DNA of 64,000 bases from Leucoraja ocellata (GCA_036785375.1 JAWMAR010000001.1:4464001-4528000); one strand, 5' to 3'. Shown: positions 1-11,276, counted from the first letter of the stretch. Notes: generated from the letters alone by a model not told the origin. Numbers and translations are program-made.

Positions 1-1241
1 GGGGATTGGTATTAAATATTCCCCTCATAAGTTTGGTTACCAGGGGGTGAGACCCAACAGAGTGACCCTCTGATCCTTGCCACAAATATGCTGAAAGGGC
101 ACTCCTGGCGCAGTTTATGGCACTATAACTGAGCCCTTCATCATAGTAATAATAATAATACATTTTATTTATGGGCGCCTTTCAAGAGTCTCCTTACAAA
201 ATTTAGCAAATAGAGTAAAAACATGTAAGCGGAATGAAATAAATAGTAAAGACATCACCAGTACACAAATTAAAGACAGAATTCAATGCAAAGACAAAAA
301 TCAAAAACACAATATGAAGAGAGAGCAGCGGCAGCTAAAGCGCGCCAGCGTACACTCTCCCTTCCGGCAGCCATCTTTGACAGAGTAAAATAATCATTTA
401 CACACAAAAAAACATCCCCCCACAATGGTTACCACTGTGGGGGAAGGCACAATGTCCAGTCCCCATTCCCAGTTCTCCCATAGTCAGGCCTATTGAGGCC
501 TCCACAGTTGCCTCTACGGAGGCCCGATGTTCCTGGCCGTTCTCGTCGGGTGGTGTTGCTCCGGCGTCGGGAGAGTCCGTTCCAGCGGCTGGAACGGCCG
601 ATCCGTGGCATTCCGTTGGTGCTCCAAGGCTCCCGATGTTAAAGTCGGCGCCGCCGCCCGCAGCTGGCCGCTCCACAGTCCCGCAGCTCGACGGTGTTGA
701 TCACGGTGGTCTCAGCATACTGGAGCTCCAGCGTGGCGACCCAGGCAAGGCATCGCTCACCTCCGCTCCGCGATGGCGCTCCAGCGCTGTGCCGCCACCA
801 AAGCTGAAGGTGCTGGGCGGTCCCCGACAGGAAAAACGCCGCTCCGCTCCCGCTGGTAGGCCGCAAGGATGGGTCGACGGTGCAGCCCGGGGAAAAAGCT
901 GACTCACCGACCAGGTAGGGACCTAGAAAATAGTTTCCCCTTCCCCCCCCCCCCCACATAAAAAAAGTCAAATTCCCCAACAAACATAGGACAAAATTCA
1001 CTAAAAACTAATTAAAAAAGTTAATTGAATGGACAGCTGCTGGTTAGCAGCCATTCCCCAGGATGGCTCCTCCTCCAGGATGAAGGCTAGCCAGGAATTC
1101 CAGAACATACGTTACGTTCGCCGTACAGTACGTGATGTTGGTCCTAGAACAATATTTCTCCCACTTCCTGATGTATGCCAGATATTGTTGTTTAGTGGAC
1201 TGCCTGTGAGCCGCTGTGATCATATTCATAGTTCGGTCCAT
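1..1241 (-). pseudogene. DIRS tyrosine recombinase, N-terminal part, split by a 934-bp insertion
   Basis: 1241-1081 encodes ..STKQQYLAYIRKWEKYC..VLEFLASLH and 146-1 continues YDEGLSYSAINCARSALSAYLWQGSEGHSVGSHPLVTKLMRGIFNTNP, colinear with the intact YR at 62172-63125. Confidence 0.9.
147..1080 (-). mobile_element. Non-autonomous retroelement with an L2-type 3' tail and (ATT)n end, inserted in the DIRS YR gene
   Basis: Boundaries are defined by interruption of the YR reading frame. Its 3' ~150 bp closely match the L2 tail starting at 14321. GC-rich body with no recognisable coding signal. Confidence 0.8.
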
Positions 1242-1267
1242 CAGCCCCAGGTCCAGAAGTGGTCTTT

Positions 1268-3279
1268 TTAGATTCTACAAATCAACAGATTTGTCCTGTC
1301 ATGGCATGGGTGGCTTTCGCCCGTTACAGGATGAACCAACAGATCTGGCCGTTTCGGAATGGAGATAGATGGTTCCCAGACCATGTTGAGTATCACAGGG
1401 AACCATGGTTGAGTAGGCCAATCGGGCACTACCAAAATACCAGACGCCGAGTCTTGTTGTATTTTGCGTAAGACCCGACTGATGAGGCAGAAAGGAGGAA
1501 ATGCATAGAAAAACAATTTCCCCCAGTGCAGCGAGAATGCATCCATCGCTGCTGCCGCAGGGTCTGGTTCCCAAGAAACATAATTTGGCAACTGGCGATT
1601 AAGCCGAGATGCAAATAGATCGATATCTGGTGTTCTATATCGTGCTACAATATCAGCAAACACTTTGCGGTCCAACATCCATTCGATGGTGTCATTGAAT
1701 CTTCGTGACCTGGTGTCTGCCATTGTATTGAGTTTACCTGGTAGGTAACTAGCTGATATCCAAATATTTTTATGAATATACCATTGCCAGATTGTGTTAG
1801 CCAGATCATCACATGATATCGATTCGATTCCACCAATATGGTTAATATATGCCACCACGGTGGTGTTGTCAATTTGTAGGCGGACATGCAGGTGATGCAT
1901 TTCTGAACAGTATGCCTTTAGCCCATAGAACGCACCTAACATTTCTAAGTAGTTTATGCCAAGTGTCTGAAGTAAAGATGCCTCATGTGCCTCCCATCTA
2001 CCTCCATAACTGGAGATGGAATTAGTAGCACCCCAACCGTGAGCACTGGCATCAGTTTGTAGCACCACTGAAGGGTTGCTGACAATGATAGGGCTGGAAC
2101 AATGTCGAATATTTTGCCTCCACCGTTGTAATTCCGAAATTGCTTTGGTTGGTAGCTTCATTGGCTTATCGAAATGATCAGTATAGAATTTGAGTGCTTG
2201 CACCTTTGCCCTTTGTAAATTTTGGTAATGCTAAGGTCCAAACTGTGTGGCTGGAAAGGCAGCCACAATTTTGCCAATCACCCTTGCTACCTGTCAAATT
2301 GATGGTTCACTGATGACAATGAGGTTGTTGCAGGCCTCAGTTAAGTCTGCTGCCTTGCCCTTAGGTAAAGTCACCGACATGTGAACTGAATCAATGGTGA
2401 ACCCTAAGTAATCCATAGTAGTAGAAGGCGTCAGCTTAGATTTAACTGGATGGATGATGAACCCCAGTTTTTCAAACAATTGTTTGGTGGCTGATACAGC
2501 TGATTTTGCTAAATCCAGTTTTCCCCACAATTAATATGTCATCTAGGTAAGCCATGACCATGTGCTTCTGTAAGAAACGCTAGGGCTGGTTTCAGAATTT
2601 TGGTAAATAGTCTTGGGGCAGATGTTAAACCATTAGGCAGTGCTCTATACTGCCAGAGCTGCCCCATCCAGTTGAACTTTAAATATCGCTTTTGATCCTT
2701 CCGTATAGGCACCGAATAGTATGCATCTTTTAAATCAATGTAAGCCATGAAGTAGCCTTTGGAAATCAATTGTTTGGCAGTAACAAAGGTTTCCATTTTG
2801 AAATGAATATACTGCAAAAATGTATTCAGTTTGGTCAAATCTATAATGATGCGGCAACCACCATCTTTTTTATTTTTTGGAAAGATATTTGAATGAATTC
2901 CAGAGAGTCGTGTTGGGATCTCTCAATTACCCCCCTTAGCACATAGCCTCTTCAGCTCAGCATGTGCTCCCAGTTTTTCCTGTCGTGAAAGCACGAACGT
3001 TCGGTTCAGTGCATGCTGAACAGGAGGATGTTTTTTGTGCACAAATTCGATTGCATATCCCTGAATACTGTGCAGGATATAAGTGTCAGTAGTTATAGCA
3101 CTCCATGCCTCCCAAAAGAAGTGTAACCTACCACCAATTTGTGTATTAATTACACTTCCTGTTTTTTGGAAGGAACCAGACCCACCTACCTCCATAGTTA
3201 CCAGTGGAGTGTTTATTTCTTCTTCTTCTGTCGCCGTAGAGGTAGAGGCGCCGGAGTGTGGGGTTGGCGCATCTTCCAC
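1268..3279 (-). pseudogene. DIRS pol: reverse transcriptase - RNase H - methyltransferase-like domain, frameshifted
   Basis: Fragments: QIGGRLHFFWEAW..GYAIEF; HFKME..IDLKDAYYSVPI..ALPNGLTSAPRLFTK; MAYLDDILI near 2540; 1268-2203 RNase H plus DLFASRLN..DAFSLHW..YAFPPF. Confidence 0.92.
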
Positions 3280-4663
3280 GAAGGCCGGTCTGGTCCATGG
3301 CCTAAAAAAGACCTCTGTCCTGGTTGCCCGGCCTTTGAGCTTTCACCAGCGTCTGTGTATCTTGATCTGCTGATGGGTGCGTAGGGGTGCTGTCGCCGCA
3401 GGTGGGAGGCCTTGCCCGATGCAGCCTTCATGAGCACGACGGCTTTAGCCTCCTCGTCGAGGTCTTTGACCTGTTTAATAATAATAATAATACATTTTAT
3501 TTGCGGGCGCCTTTCAAAGTCTCAAGGATACCTTACAGAACATTAACAAGAGAGAAAAACCATATAGTCGGAGTAAAATAAATAATAAGGACATCACCAA
3601 TACACAAATTAAAGACGGAATTCGCTCCAAAGACAAAAAATCAAAAACATAATGTGAAGAGAGAGCAGCGGCAGCTAAAGCGCGCCAGCGTCCACTCTCC
3701 CTTCCGACAGCCATTTAGACAGGTTGCCCCCAAATAGCAATATTGGTGGCTTTGTATTACCAGGTTTGCACAGCCCTGCAAACTTGGGGTTTAACGCTGG
3801 GCAGATGGCGTTCTTCCTGAGACTGTTAATCTCAAACTGCGTATTGCAGAAGAGTGCCAGAGCGTCTTGCTGTAATTCTTGACATCTCCTTACCATCCAT
3901 TGACCGGGCAAATGCTGTAATTCCTGAAGTCATTAGCTTGAGGATTTTTTGTAGCTTGATCTCCTGGCTTCTGACGCCCGCACCAATGTACCCCCAGATG
4001 GAACTGTTCACCACGGGAACGTTGAGGGAGACACAATTTTCTGGTGCCACATATTTGGCAGTTGTGTCCAACACAGCCTGCTCTTGCAGCTTGTTAAACG
4101 AGAGGTAATCTATGCTTGCTGCTGGTTTGGGTTACAATGGCTGTCCTGTCTGCGCTGGCAATGCAAATTTGGACACCTTATCCAGCAGGTTTTCCTGTTC
4201 TTGCACCCCCAGCACACTTGTTGAGTCCTCAGCCAAACCCCTCTTCGGGATGGCTCCTAGTACTCCCCTCTGTCGAGGGAGGTGCACTATGCAGCCCTGA
4301 GAAAGGTGCTGCCATGGGCATATTAAAAGACCCATGGTGACTAGACTCCATCTCCCGGAGTCTGTCACGCTGGAGCATCTGCTCCATAGGCCGCTCCATG
4401 TGGCCTAAGCGATCACGGTCGCTAGCCACCCGCGGTGTCTCCTCACAGCCCGACTCGTCCGAGACAATGGGCCTATCCGCTTTTTGTTTGGCCTTCCCGC
4501 CCGGCCGTGGTGTTGATCTGGCCGGCGCAGGTGCCAAGTCGGGAACTGCTGATCGCTCGATTGCCGATTCCGGTGCAGTCGGCCGCTGCTGGCTGCCCGC
4601 AACTCCGTGGTCCTCCCCAGCCAGCCTAGACGCAGCCCTTGTGGACTTCTTAGTTTTGTCCAT
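3213..4663 (-). pseudogene. DIRS ORF1 (gag-like), frameshifted and interrupted
   Basis: ATG at 4663 (MDKTKK..). Fragments PENCVSLNVPVVNSSIW.., DALALFCNTQFEINSLRK..LLFGGNLSK resume after the 3477-3713 insertion as QVKDLDEEAK.. and end in a basic C-terminus. Lies 5' of pol. Confidence 0.75.
3477..3713 (-). mobile_element. Short (~237 bp) copy of the L2-tailed non-autonomous element inserted in DIRS gag
   Basis: Homologous to 147-375, with an (ATT)n tail. Interrupts the gag frame between LSK and QVK with a TTT(A) duplication or microhomology. Confidence 0.85.
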
Positions 4664-5994
4664 GGTTCTTCCTGTAAAGCAACACAGGAAGAACAAAACG
4701 ACCGCAGAGTAAAGCACTTACCTGCAGGTCTTGGTTTTTAACTTACCGCCGCGGGGGAACGCACCACCCCACCTGTTGTTTCGCAATGCGTGAGACGATA
4801 TGACACTCGTGCGTCCTGGCGGGTTCTTCACGTAGTCACTCACGTGACTCCGAAGTAAAATACCAGTTTAAACTCCAATTCAATAAACAATTGGTCATAA
4901 ATAAAGATGAGTCCTTTATTTGAGTTCCTCCATATACCTTTTAACTTTTCATGTATCAATCTGTTTTCTGAGTCAACTTAACAATGCTCCAGGTACCTAC
5001 GCATCAGGAATGAAAGGCGGAGCACACACTTGAATTATTCATTTCAAAGGTTAGATTTTAAATTGCTGTAGAATAGAAAAAGTTGAAACTGACTGAAATA
5101 AATTCTGTTTGCATTTTAGAGTAAATTTGAATGTGAATCACACTCGGTCCATCAACTAAATGCAACTGCGCTGTTTTCAAATTGAAATACATGTCTATTG
5201 CATTTTATTTTAGTTTCATGATGTATTACTTGATTCCAGGATGGAACTATTTTTCGGTATATTCCCCACTGGGTGGTACTTTCCTCTGGTTTGGGCCACT
5301 AGAAACTAAAGACAAAAGGAGGATGGATGGACTGCTTTACTCTTTGATTGTGACAGGTCAAATGTGTTGGGATACTCAGAGCATATCTCTGTTGAAACTA
5401 CATTTTATGTTTTCTAAGATAAATGATAAAAAGGAAATTAGTAGGAAAAGGCAAGTTGAACTTTCTTGTGGAGCCCTGCCTTATGGTTCAATATTAACAA
5501 CAGATTGTGGGGCGTAAGGGGATGCATTATGACCCTACGACTTGTGTTGTATCTCTTTTCTTATAAATAATAGTTTAATTTCCTGAACCTGAGTTCTCTT
5601 AGATATGGTCAGCTCTTCAGGGAAGACAAGGTTTAAATATCCGTGTGTCTCTATTCCAAAAAACAAGACTGGACAATACTCAATGCATTATTAGCAGAAA
5701 TGGGATTGCCATGAGTACTCAGATAAGATACAAATCTTGGTTTGCAAGATAGATCATAAAAGGAAAATGTATATTGTTTTGGCAGTGAGAATCACTGGCC
5801 ATGAAGTTGAACTTCCTTTTGCTATTATCATGTATTTCATTTGTTTCAAAAGGTCAAAAGTAAAACTCCTTTTGAAGAATGTCCTTATAAAATATATTTA
5901 ATGTGACTCCTGAAGCTACAGCGTTCACAAGTTGCTGGTTCTGTTTTCCATGATGCACATCTAACAATTAACAAAGCTGTGAAGGAATGATAGT

Positions 5995-6333
5995 ATAGAA
6001 ACATAGAAATTAGTTGCAGGAGTAGGCCATTCGTCCCTTCGAGCCTGCACCGCCATTCAATATGATCATGGCTGATCATCCAACTCAGTATCCCGTACCT
6101 GCCTTCTCTCCATACCCTCTGATCCCCTTAGCCACAAGGGCCACATCTAACTCCCTCTTAAATATAGCCAATGAACTGGCCTCAACTACCCTCTGTGGCA
6201 GAGAGTTCCAGAGATTCACCACTCTCTATGTGAAAAAAGTTTTTCTCATCTCGGTTTTAAAGGATTTCCCCCTTATCCTTAAGCTGTGACCCCTTGTCCT
6301 GGATATCCTTAAGCTGTGACCCCTTGTCCTGGA
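5995..6333 (-). mobile_element. CR1/HER1 LINE 3' fragment
   Basis: FFT.RVVNLWNSLP-type RT C-terminus and (TTTCTATG)n tail; near-identical to 24296-25110 and 42755-43173. Confidence 0.9.
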
Positions 6334-6611
6334 ATACCTAGTGTCACCCATTTTGAAGACCTTACTGCAGCATGCATTTACTATTTACTGATGTCCACAC
6401 TGAACTCCTGTGACCATACCCTGATCCTAAGGGCAAATACTGAAAGTCACTTCAGTGATAGGTAAAAACTTAAAAACTTGAATAGTTTGTAATAGATTAT
6501 ACACATTTTTTTTAATGTATGCAGTATTTTGCATGTGTTTAGCCATATGAACGTTTTCAGTAACCCTCTAGAAATAATATGCTTTTTGTTGTATCAATGG
6601 CATAAGCATTG

Positions 6612-7092
6612 TTTTTTTGTTTTTATTTTGTTATTTTATTAGAAGCAATTGTACAAGAATAAAGCAATCGGCATGAGAGTTATACAATTTTCGTACAGCT
6701 TCATTTTTAACATTTTATAAATTGATACATAAATCGAAAAAAGAGAAAAAAGGAAAGAATGATGAAAAAGAAGAAAGATGCAAAAAAGAGCGAAGAAAAG
6801 ACCCCTGAACTACCAAAGAAGCGCAAGAAGAAAAAAGAGAAAGAAGAAAAAAATAAACTGAGATGTCTTTGAAATATCGTTAACTTAGAACAGGCCTCTG
6901 ACATTCCTAAAATTATTAGTTTTGTATCTGATTCCAGTTTAATTTTAAGTGTTTTAGAGAAGGTATCGAATATTCCTATCCAGAAGTTTTGTATCTTTAT
7001 ACAGGATGCAAAGGATTGGGTTAAGGTAGCTTCTTGGAGGTGACATTTACCACAGATAGGGGAGACAGTTGGGAAGATCTTATCCAATTTAG
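6612..7092 (-). mobile_element. L1-clade LINE 3' fragment
   Basis: KIFPTVSPICGKCHLQEATLTQSFASCIKIQNFW (degenerate CCHC C-terminal domain), followed by a 3' UTR and A-rich tail; homologous to the other L1 copies. Confidence 0.8.
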
Positions 7093-8200
7093 GCATAAGC
7101 ATTGTTGATTAACTCGTTCATATGCAGACAAAAAAAATATGATTTATTTGTTTCTTAAAATGAAGAGTTACCAAAGAAGGAGGTTTTTTAATTATTAGAA
7201 GCTTAGCATAGACAACAAATAGAAATGAAAGAAAGATAATGGGAATGAAGCACACAGGATTTGTGGAATTCAATTATTTTTAACACATATTTAGTTTTCT
7301 GTTAGTATTTGTAGTTAAGATTATATAATAAAAATGTTCTTGAAAGGTTTGAAATTTTATTACTATAACATTAGTGCTCATTATGGAAAAAGGCACAATA
7401 GTATGCCAGTTAACACTCGAGTCTAATCCAACATTAATTATCACAGAAATCTGTCAATTTCTTAAAATTCTTAAAATGCTGTATTCAAGGGGTTGAGAAA
7501 TTCAGCCATCCTTTGTATATAGAATTATCTTTGAATGCCAATCCTGAAAGGCCAGAGTTTCATTTTTAGACCAACCTCACTTAGCAAAGGAAATCGTTTC
7601 TCTCTTCCCCATATTTCCTTCAATGTCTTGAAAACCTACATTGAAAATCCCTTAACTTTCTAAACTCTAGGAAATACAGCCCCGGTGTGTGTATTCCCTT
7701 TGTTTACTCTTTTTCTTGGAATTAGGGTGTCATTCAGCATTGGTCTATCTCTGTTACCAGTATATTCCTCTAAGAGTATGGTGCCCAGAACTGTCATTGA
7801 GTTCATTTGAATCTTACTCCAAGCAGAACTTTGCAGAGCAGTGAAGAAATGCTTAAACTATTATTTTTCAGTTCTACAGGGGTAAAATCCAGCATTTCAT
7901 TAATCTTTTTTTTCTGTATCTGACCATATTTTAATCTTTATAGATGAAGCATGTGTCTCTTTGGATCTTCCAGTAAAACAGCATTTAAATGGCATCATTA
8001 AAATCCATTAAATCTATTTAAACATTTTATCCACCAATCTACATGCCTATAATGCTACCTTTCTTTGTGTTATTAGAAATCTTAGACAATATTAATTTTG
8101 ATCTTACCTTAGTTGTTTGTAATAAGATGGATAATTATGACCCCAATATCCATTCTTGTGAAGTAGAATTGATTTCAAAATCATGGTGGAATAGGAGATA

Positions 8201-8471
8201 GACACAAAAAGCTGGAGTAACTCAGCAGGACAGGCAGCATCTCTGGAGAGAAGGAATGGGTGACGTTTCGGGTCAAAACCCTTTTTCAGGTGGAAATACT
8301 TGCCTGTTATACTTGTGTAGGAAATTACTGCAGATGCTAGTTTAAATTAAAGGTAGACACAAAATGCTGGAGTAACTCAGCAGGAAAGGCAGCATTTCTG
8401 GGGAACGTTGCCCATTCCTTCTTTCCAGAGATGCTGCCTGTCACGCTGAGTTACTCCAGCATTTTATGTCT
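8201..8471. repeat. Two copies of a Penelope-like short repeat (second copy is a fold-back, 8357-8471)
   Basis: GACACAAAATGCTGGAGTAACTCAGC..GCAGCATCTCTGGAG motif recurring at more than 10 sites; the first copy has a mutated hammerhead-like core. Confidence 0.7.
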
Positions 8472-8936
8472 GCCTGTTATACTCGCTTTGTCTCCTGAGA
8501 ATTCAAGTGATTTTGTTTTTGTAACCATTCATAGCATGATGCATTAGGAGAATAGCCAGCATTTCATAACTATTCCTAATCATCCTTGAGACCACAACAG
8601 TGAATCACATTGAATTGCTGTAGATCATATGTTTATGTGGGGATCTCCAGCATTTCGATCCAATGATAGAATGACAGAAAGAATGGCATATAATTTTCAG
8701 GTCAGGATATGTGACTGAGGTGGGGAGTTCGATCGGAAGATTTCTACCCTCACTGTAGACATGTGTCTTGTAGATGCCTGAGAGGTATTGGGAGAGCCAG
8801 AAGATAAATTACTGTAAGACACCACTCTGACCTGAAGAGTGACCATTATTTATACGACTGGTCCAGTAAAATTTCTGGTCAGTGCTGAACCTGAAGATAT
8901 CAGTGGAGGATTCAGCAATTCTATGGCAAGAATAAT

Positions 8937-10042
8937 AAGCGAGTTCGGTATTCCGAAAAAACGCAAGGATTCATGGGATTTATGAAAGGTCATTTACCAT
9001 AAAGAAAAAGCAAACGAAGCACTGACTGAAGAAACTTTGTATATATTCTTGTCTTTATTCATAATTTATGTGTAAAAATATATTTAATCTGAGGAACGGG
9101 TGTGCCGTGTGGTCACATTATAGGATGATTAATGTATTCCAGACAGTAACACAACGATGATAGTTTCTGAGTCGAAATTCACTATTCTGCTCATTTCAAG
9201 GCAATGGAATTCTTCAGCCTCATCTATGAATACGACTGAGCAATGAAATTCTTGATTCGAGAGAGGCTCCCATAAATAGTCAAATCCTCATCCCCCCAAA
9301 GGAACAGGTAGCGGGAGAGCGAGGTGTAACAGCGAGAAAGAGGGGGCAGTTGCGAGTGGGAGACGGGAGAGCGCGCACACAGACCCGCGCCTCATTCGCA
9401 GCCAGGATCAAACACGGGTCCCTGGAAGAAGCGTCAACCCCAGGTCAACTTCGCCTGTCCCGCAGGGCCAACCGACAACCCCGGACCAACGACAACAGCG
9501 GCCCCAGGCCCACAACTAGTGCGGAGAAGAAGCGCCAACCCCAGCTCAACTCCGCCTGACTGCCGAGCCAGCGCAGCCCCCCATGTCCATCCTCGCCGAT
9601 GAACGGTGCTCAGCCCTCGCCAGCACCGAGGGGGCCAACCGACAGCCACTGGACAAGGAGAGAGGCGCAGCCAGCGCCTCCTCCCCGCCCCAGGACAGGG
9701 GCGGGACACACGGGAGGGGATGTGGACGGCCCAGCAGCAACTCAAAAGCGCCTGCAGCACCGGAGACCTGGGCCCGACTCCGAACCACGGATGAGCACAA
9801 TCTCACTCACTCACCAAAGCATAAAGCAATAAAAACAACAAAAATAATCTTAGCTTTTAACAAAGGAACAATAAATACAACTAATTCATAGTTTGAATGT
9901 ATTTTCTTAACTAGAAGAATCAAAGCTGGAAAAAAAGGAAGAAATGAAGGTCTCTTTGTACACAGTACCACTGCTTTCCAGCAATGTTTATGCATAGTGA
10001 CCTTTGACCTGGGCATGCGCAGTCGGAATACCAAACTCACTT
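8937..10042. mobile_element. Putative non-autonomous DNA transposon (~1.1 kb) with ~20-bp TIRs and an AT target duplication
   Basis: AAGCGAGTTCGGTATTCCGA (8937-8956) versus TCGGAATACCAAACTCACTT (10023-10042): inverted, 2 mismatches, flanked by AT on both sides. CpG-rich interior at 9310-9800. Confidence 0.6.
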
Positions 10043-10818
10043 ATTGGTTAGACAGTCTTTAGCGACGGAAATATTTTTTGCTCTTTATATATTGTTGCCT
10101 AAAAAGATTATCAGGTCTTGTTGCATAATTATTGGCCACAGCAGCTCAGATCACCATTTTTGCATTTGTCAGAAGCTGTGAGTTTATTCATTTAGTATTG
10201 CATATTTCATTTGTTACACTAAGCTGAATGTTGCACAAATTTAAAAATGTGCAGTTATTATCAATCCTTTTGATATGGGATATTCAGATTAGAAAACACA
10301 TTAAAATGTTGGTGTAGTTCAGCTTTGTGAGTCAAACAACACAATAAATGTCAATTAATTCTTGGACTGTAAATTAAATCTCCTCAGGCTTGTTAGTTTG
10401 GATTTTTGAACTTTCATTAAGTATTCTCAGATAAAACATGTGTTTCTCAGTTCTTCAAGTTATTATTATATTCTTTATAAATATTTAAAGCTTACTTGTA
10501 CGCATTCAGTTAAAATATGTGAGTTGTCAGCTGGAACATCGGAATTATGATATACATTTTATGTTTCAGATTTACTTTAAGCTTGTACTGACTTAATAGC
10601 ACGCTTCGTTGATGAGTGATGTATATGATTATCAAACAAAACTGCAAGTTTATCGATAATTAATTTTTGAGTTGATCATATAGGAAAGAATCAGTCAATC
10701 CTGGGGGAAAAATAATGCTGTTTTATTCAAATCTGATACTTTCAAGAGGGATAAATATTGTGACAGAAAATAGGGTATGAAGCTAAAGTGTGACATCTCC
10801 ACTGCATATGTTTGACAG

Positions 10819-11088
10819 CTGATTCCAAAGCCTAGTGAACAACCCAGGCAGCATGAAAGTCACCCCGAAGAAACAGAAGAGGAGCTCAGAGAACATCAAG
10901 CCATGCCAGAAGAACAGTATTCTGACAGAGGTATGAACGAAAATGAGTCAGCAACTGTGACCAAAGTGGTACAGGTCAAACAAGAACCAATTGAAAGTGA
11001 TGAAGAAGATGATCAGCGAGAGCAACAGGAACTGGAGCTGGAACAAAGAAAGAGACAGGCTGAACAACAGGAGTTACTCTTCAGACAG
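10819..11088 (+). CDS. HDAC4: Histone deacetylase 4, internal coding exon (acidic linker)
   Basis: tttgacag|CTG..CAG|gtaatt, 270 nt, phase 0/0. Encodes [46 protein letters not shown], matching the recalled HDAC4 sequence ([36 protein letters not shown]). Confidence 0.95.
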
Positions 11089-11276
11089 GTAATTTAGTGT
11101 TTTGACCATCATAAAACATTTCTAGAGTTATTGTCAACTTTTTGTTCAAGTTCAGCTGAGTATAGCAAGTTGTGTGGAAATCAAAGATGAGGGTAATTAA
11201 AATATTTTCATGTTGTTGGTCAGTGGTGTGTGCATAATACTATTCATTTTAATTAACATTGGCTGTAGGCTTCTTA

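Larger units (their letters stand above)
1..4860 (-). mobile_element. DIRS1-type tyrosine-recombinase retrotransposon, copy A (decayed; 3' end runs off the left edge; carries two nested insertions)
   Basis: Minus-strand order gag, RT (YLDD), RNase H (TDAS..GWG, INYLE, DNTT), methyltransferase-like domain (DLFAS..YAFPPF), tyrosine recombinase. The 5' terminus TTTTACTTCGGAGTCACGTGAGTGACTACGTGAAG (4860-4826) matches the ICR segment of copy B (61974-62008) with one mismatch. Confidence 0.93.

Noticed and set aside
398-1001. Several 60-120 aa ORFs in GC-rich sequence
   Set aside because: They lie inside a non-autonomous insertion, overlap in many frames and show no recognisable motifs; expected from high GC content.
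9350-9891. Overlapping ORFs / possible host CpG-island promoter
   Set aside because: Enclosed by transposon-like TIRs and internally repetitive; no splice or protein evidence for a host exon.
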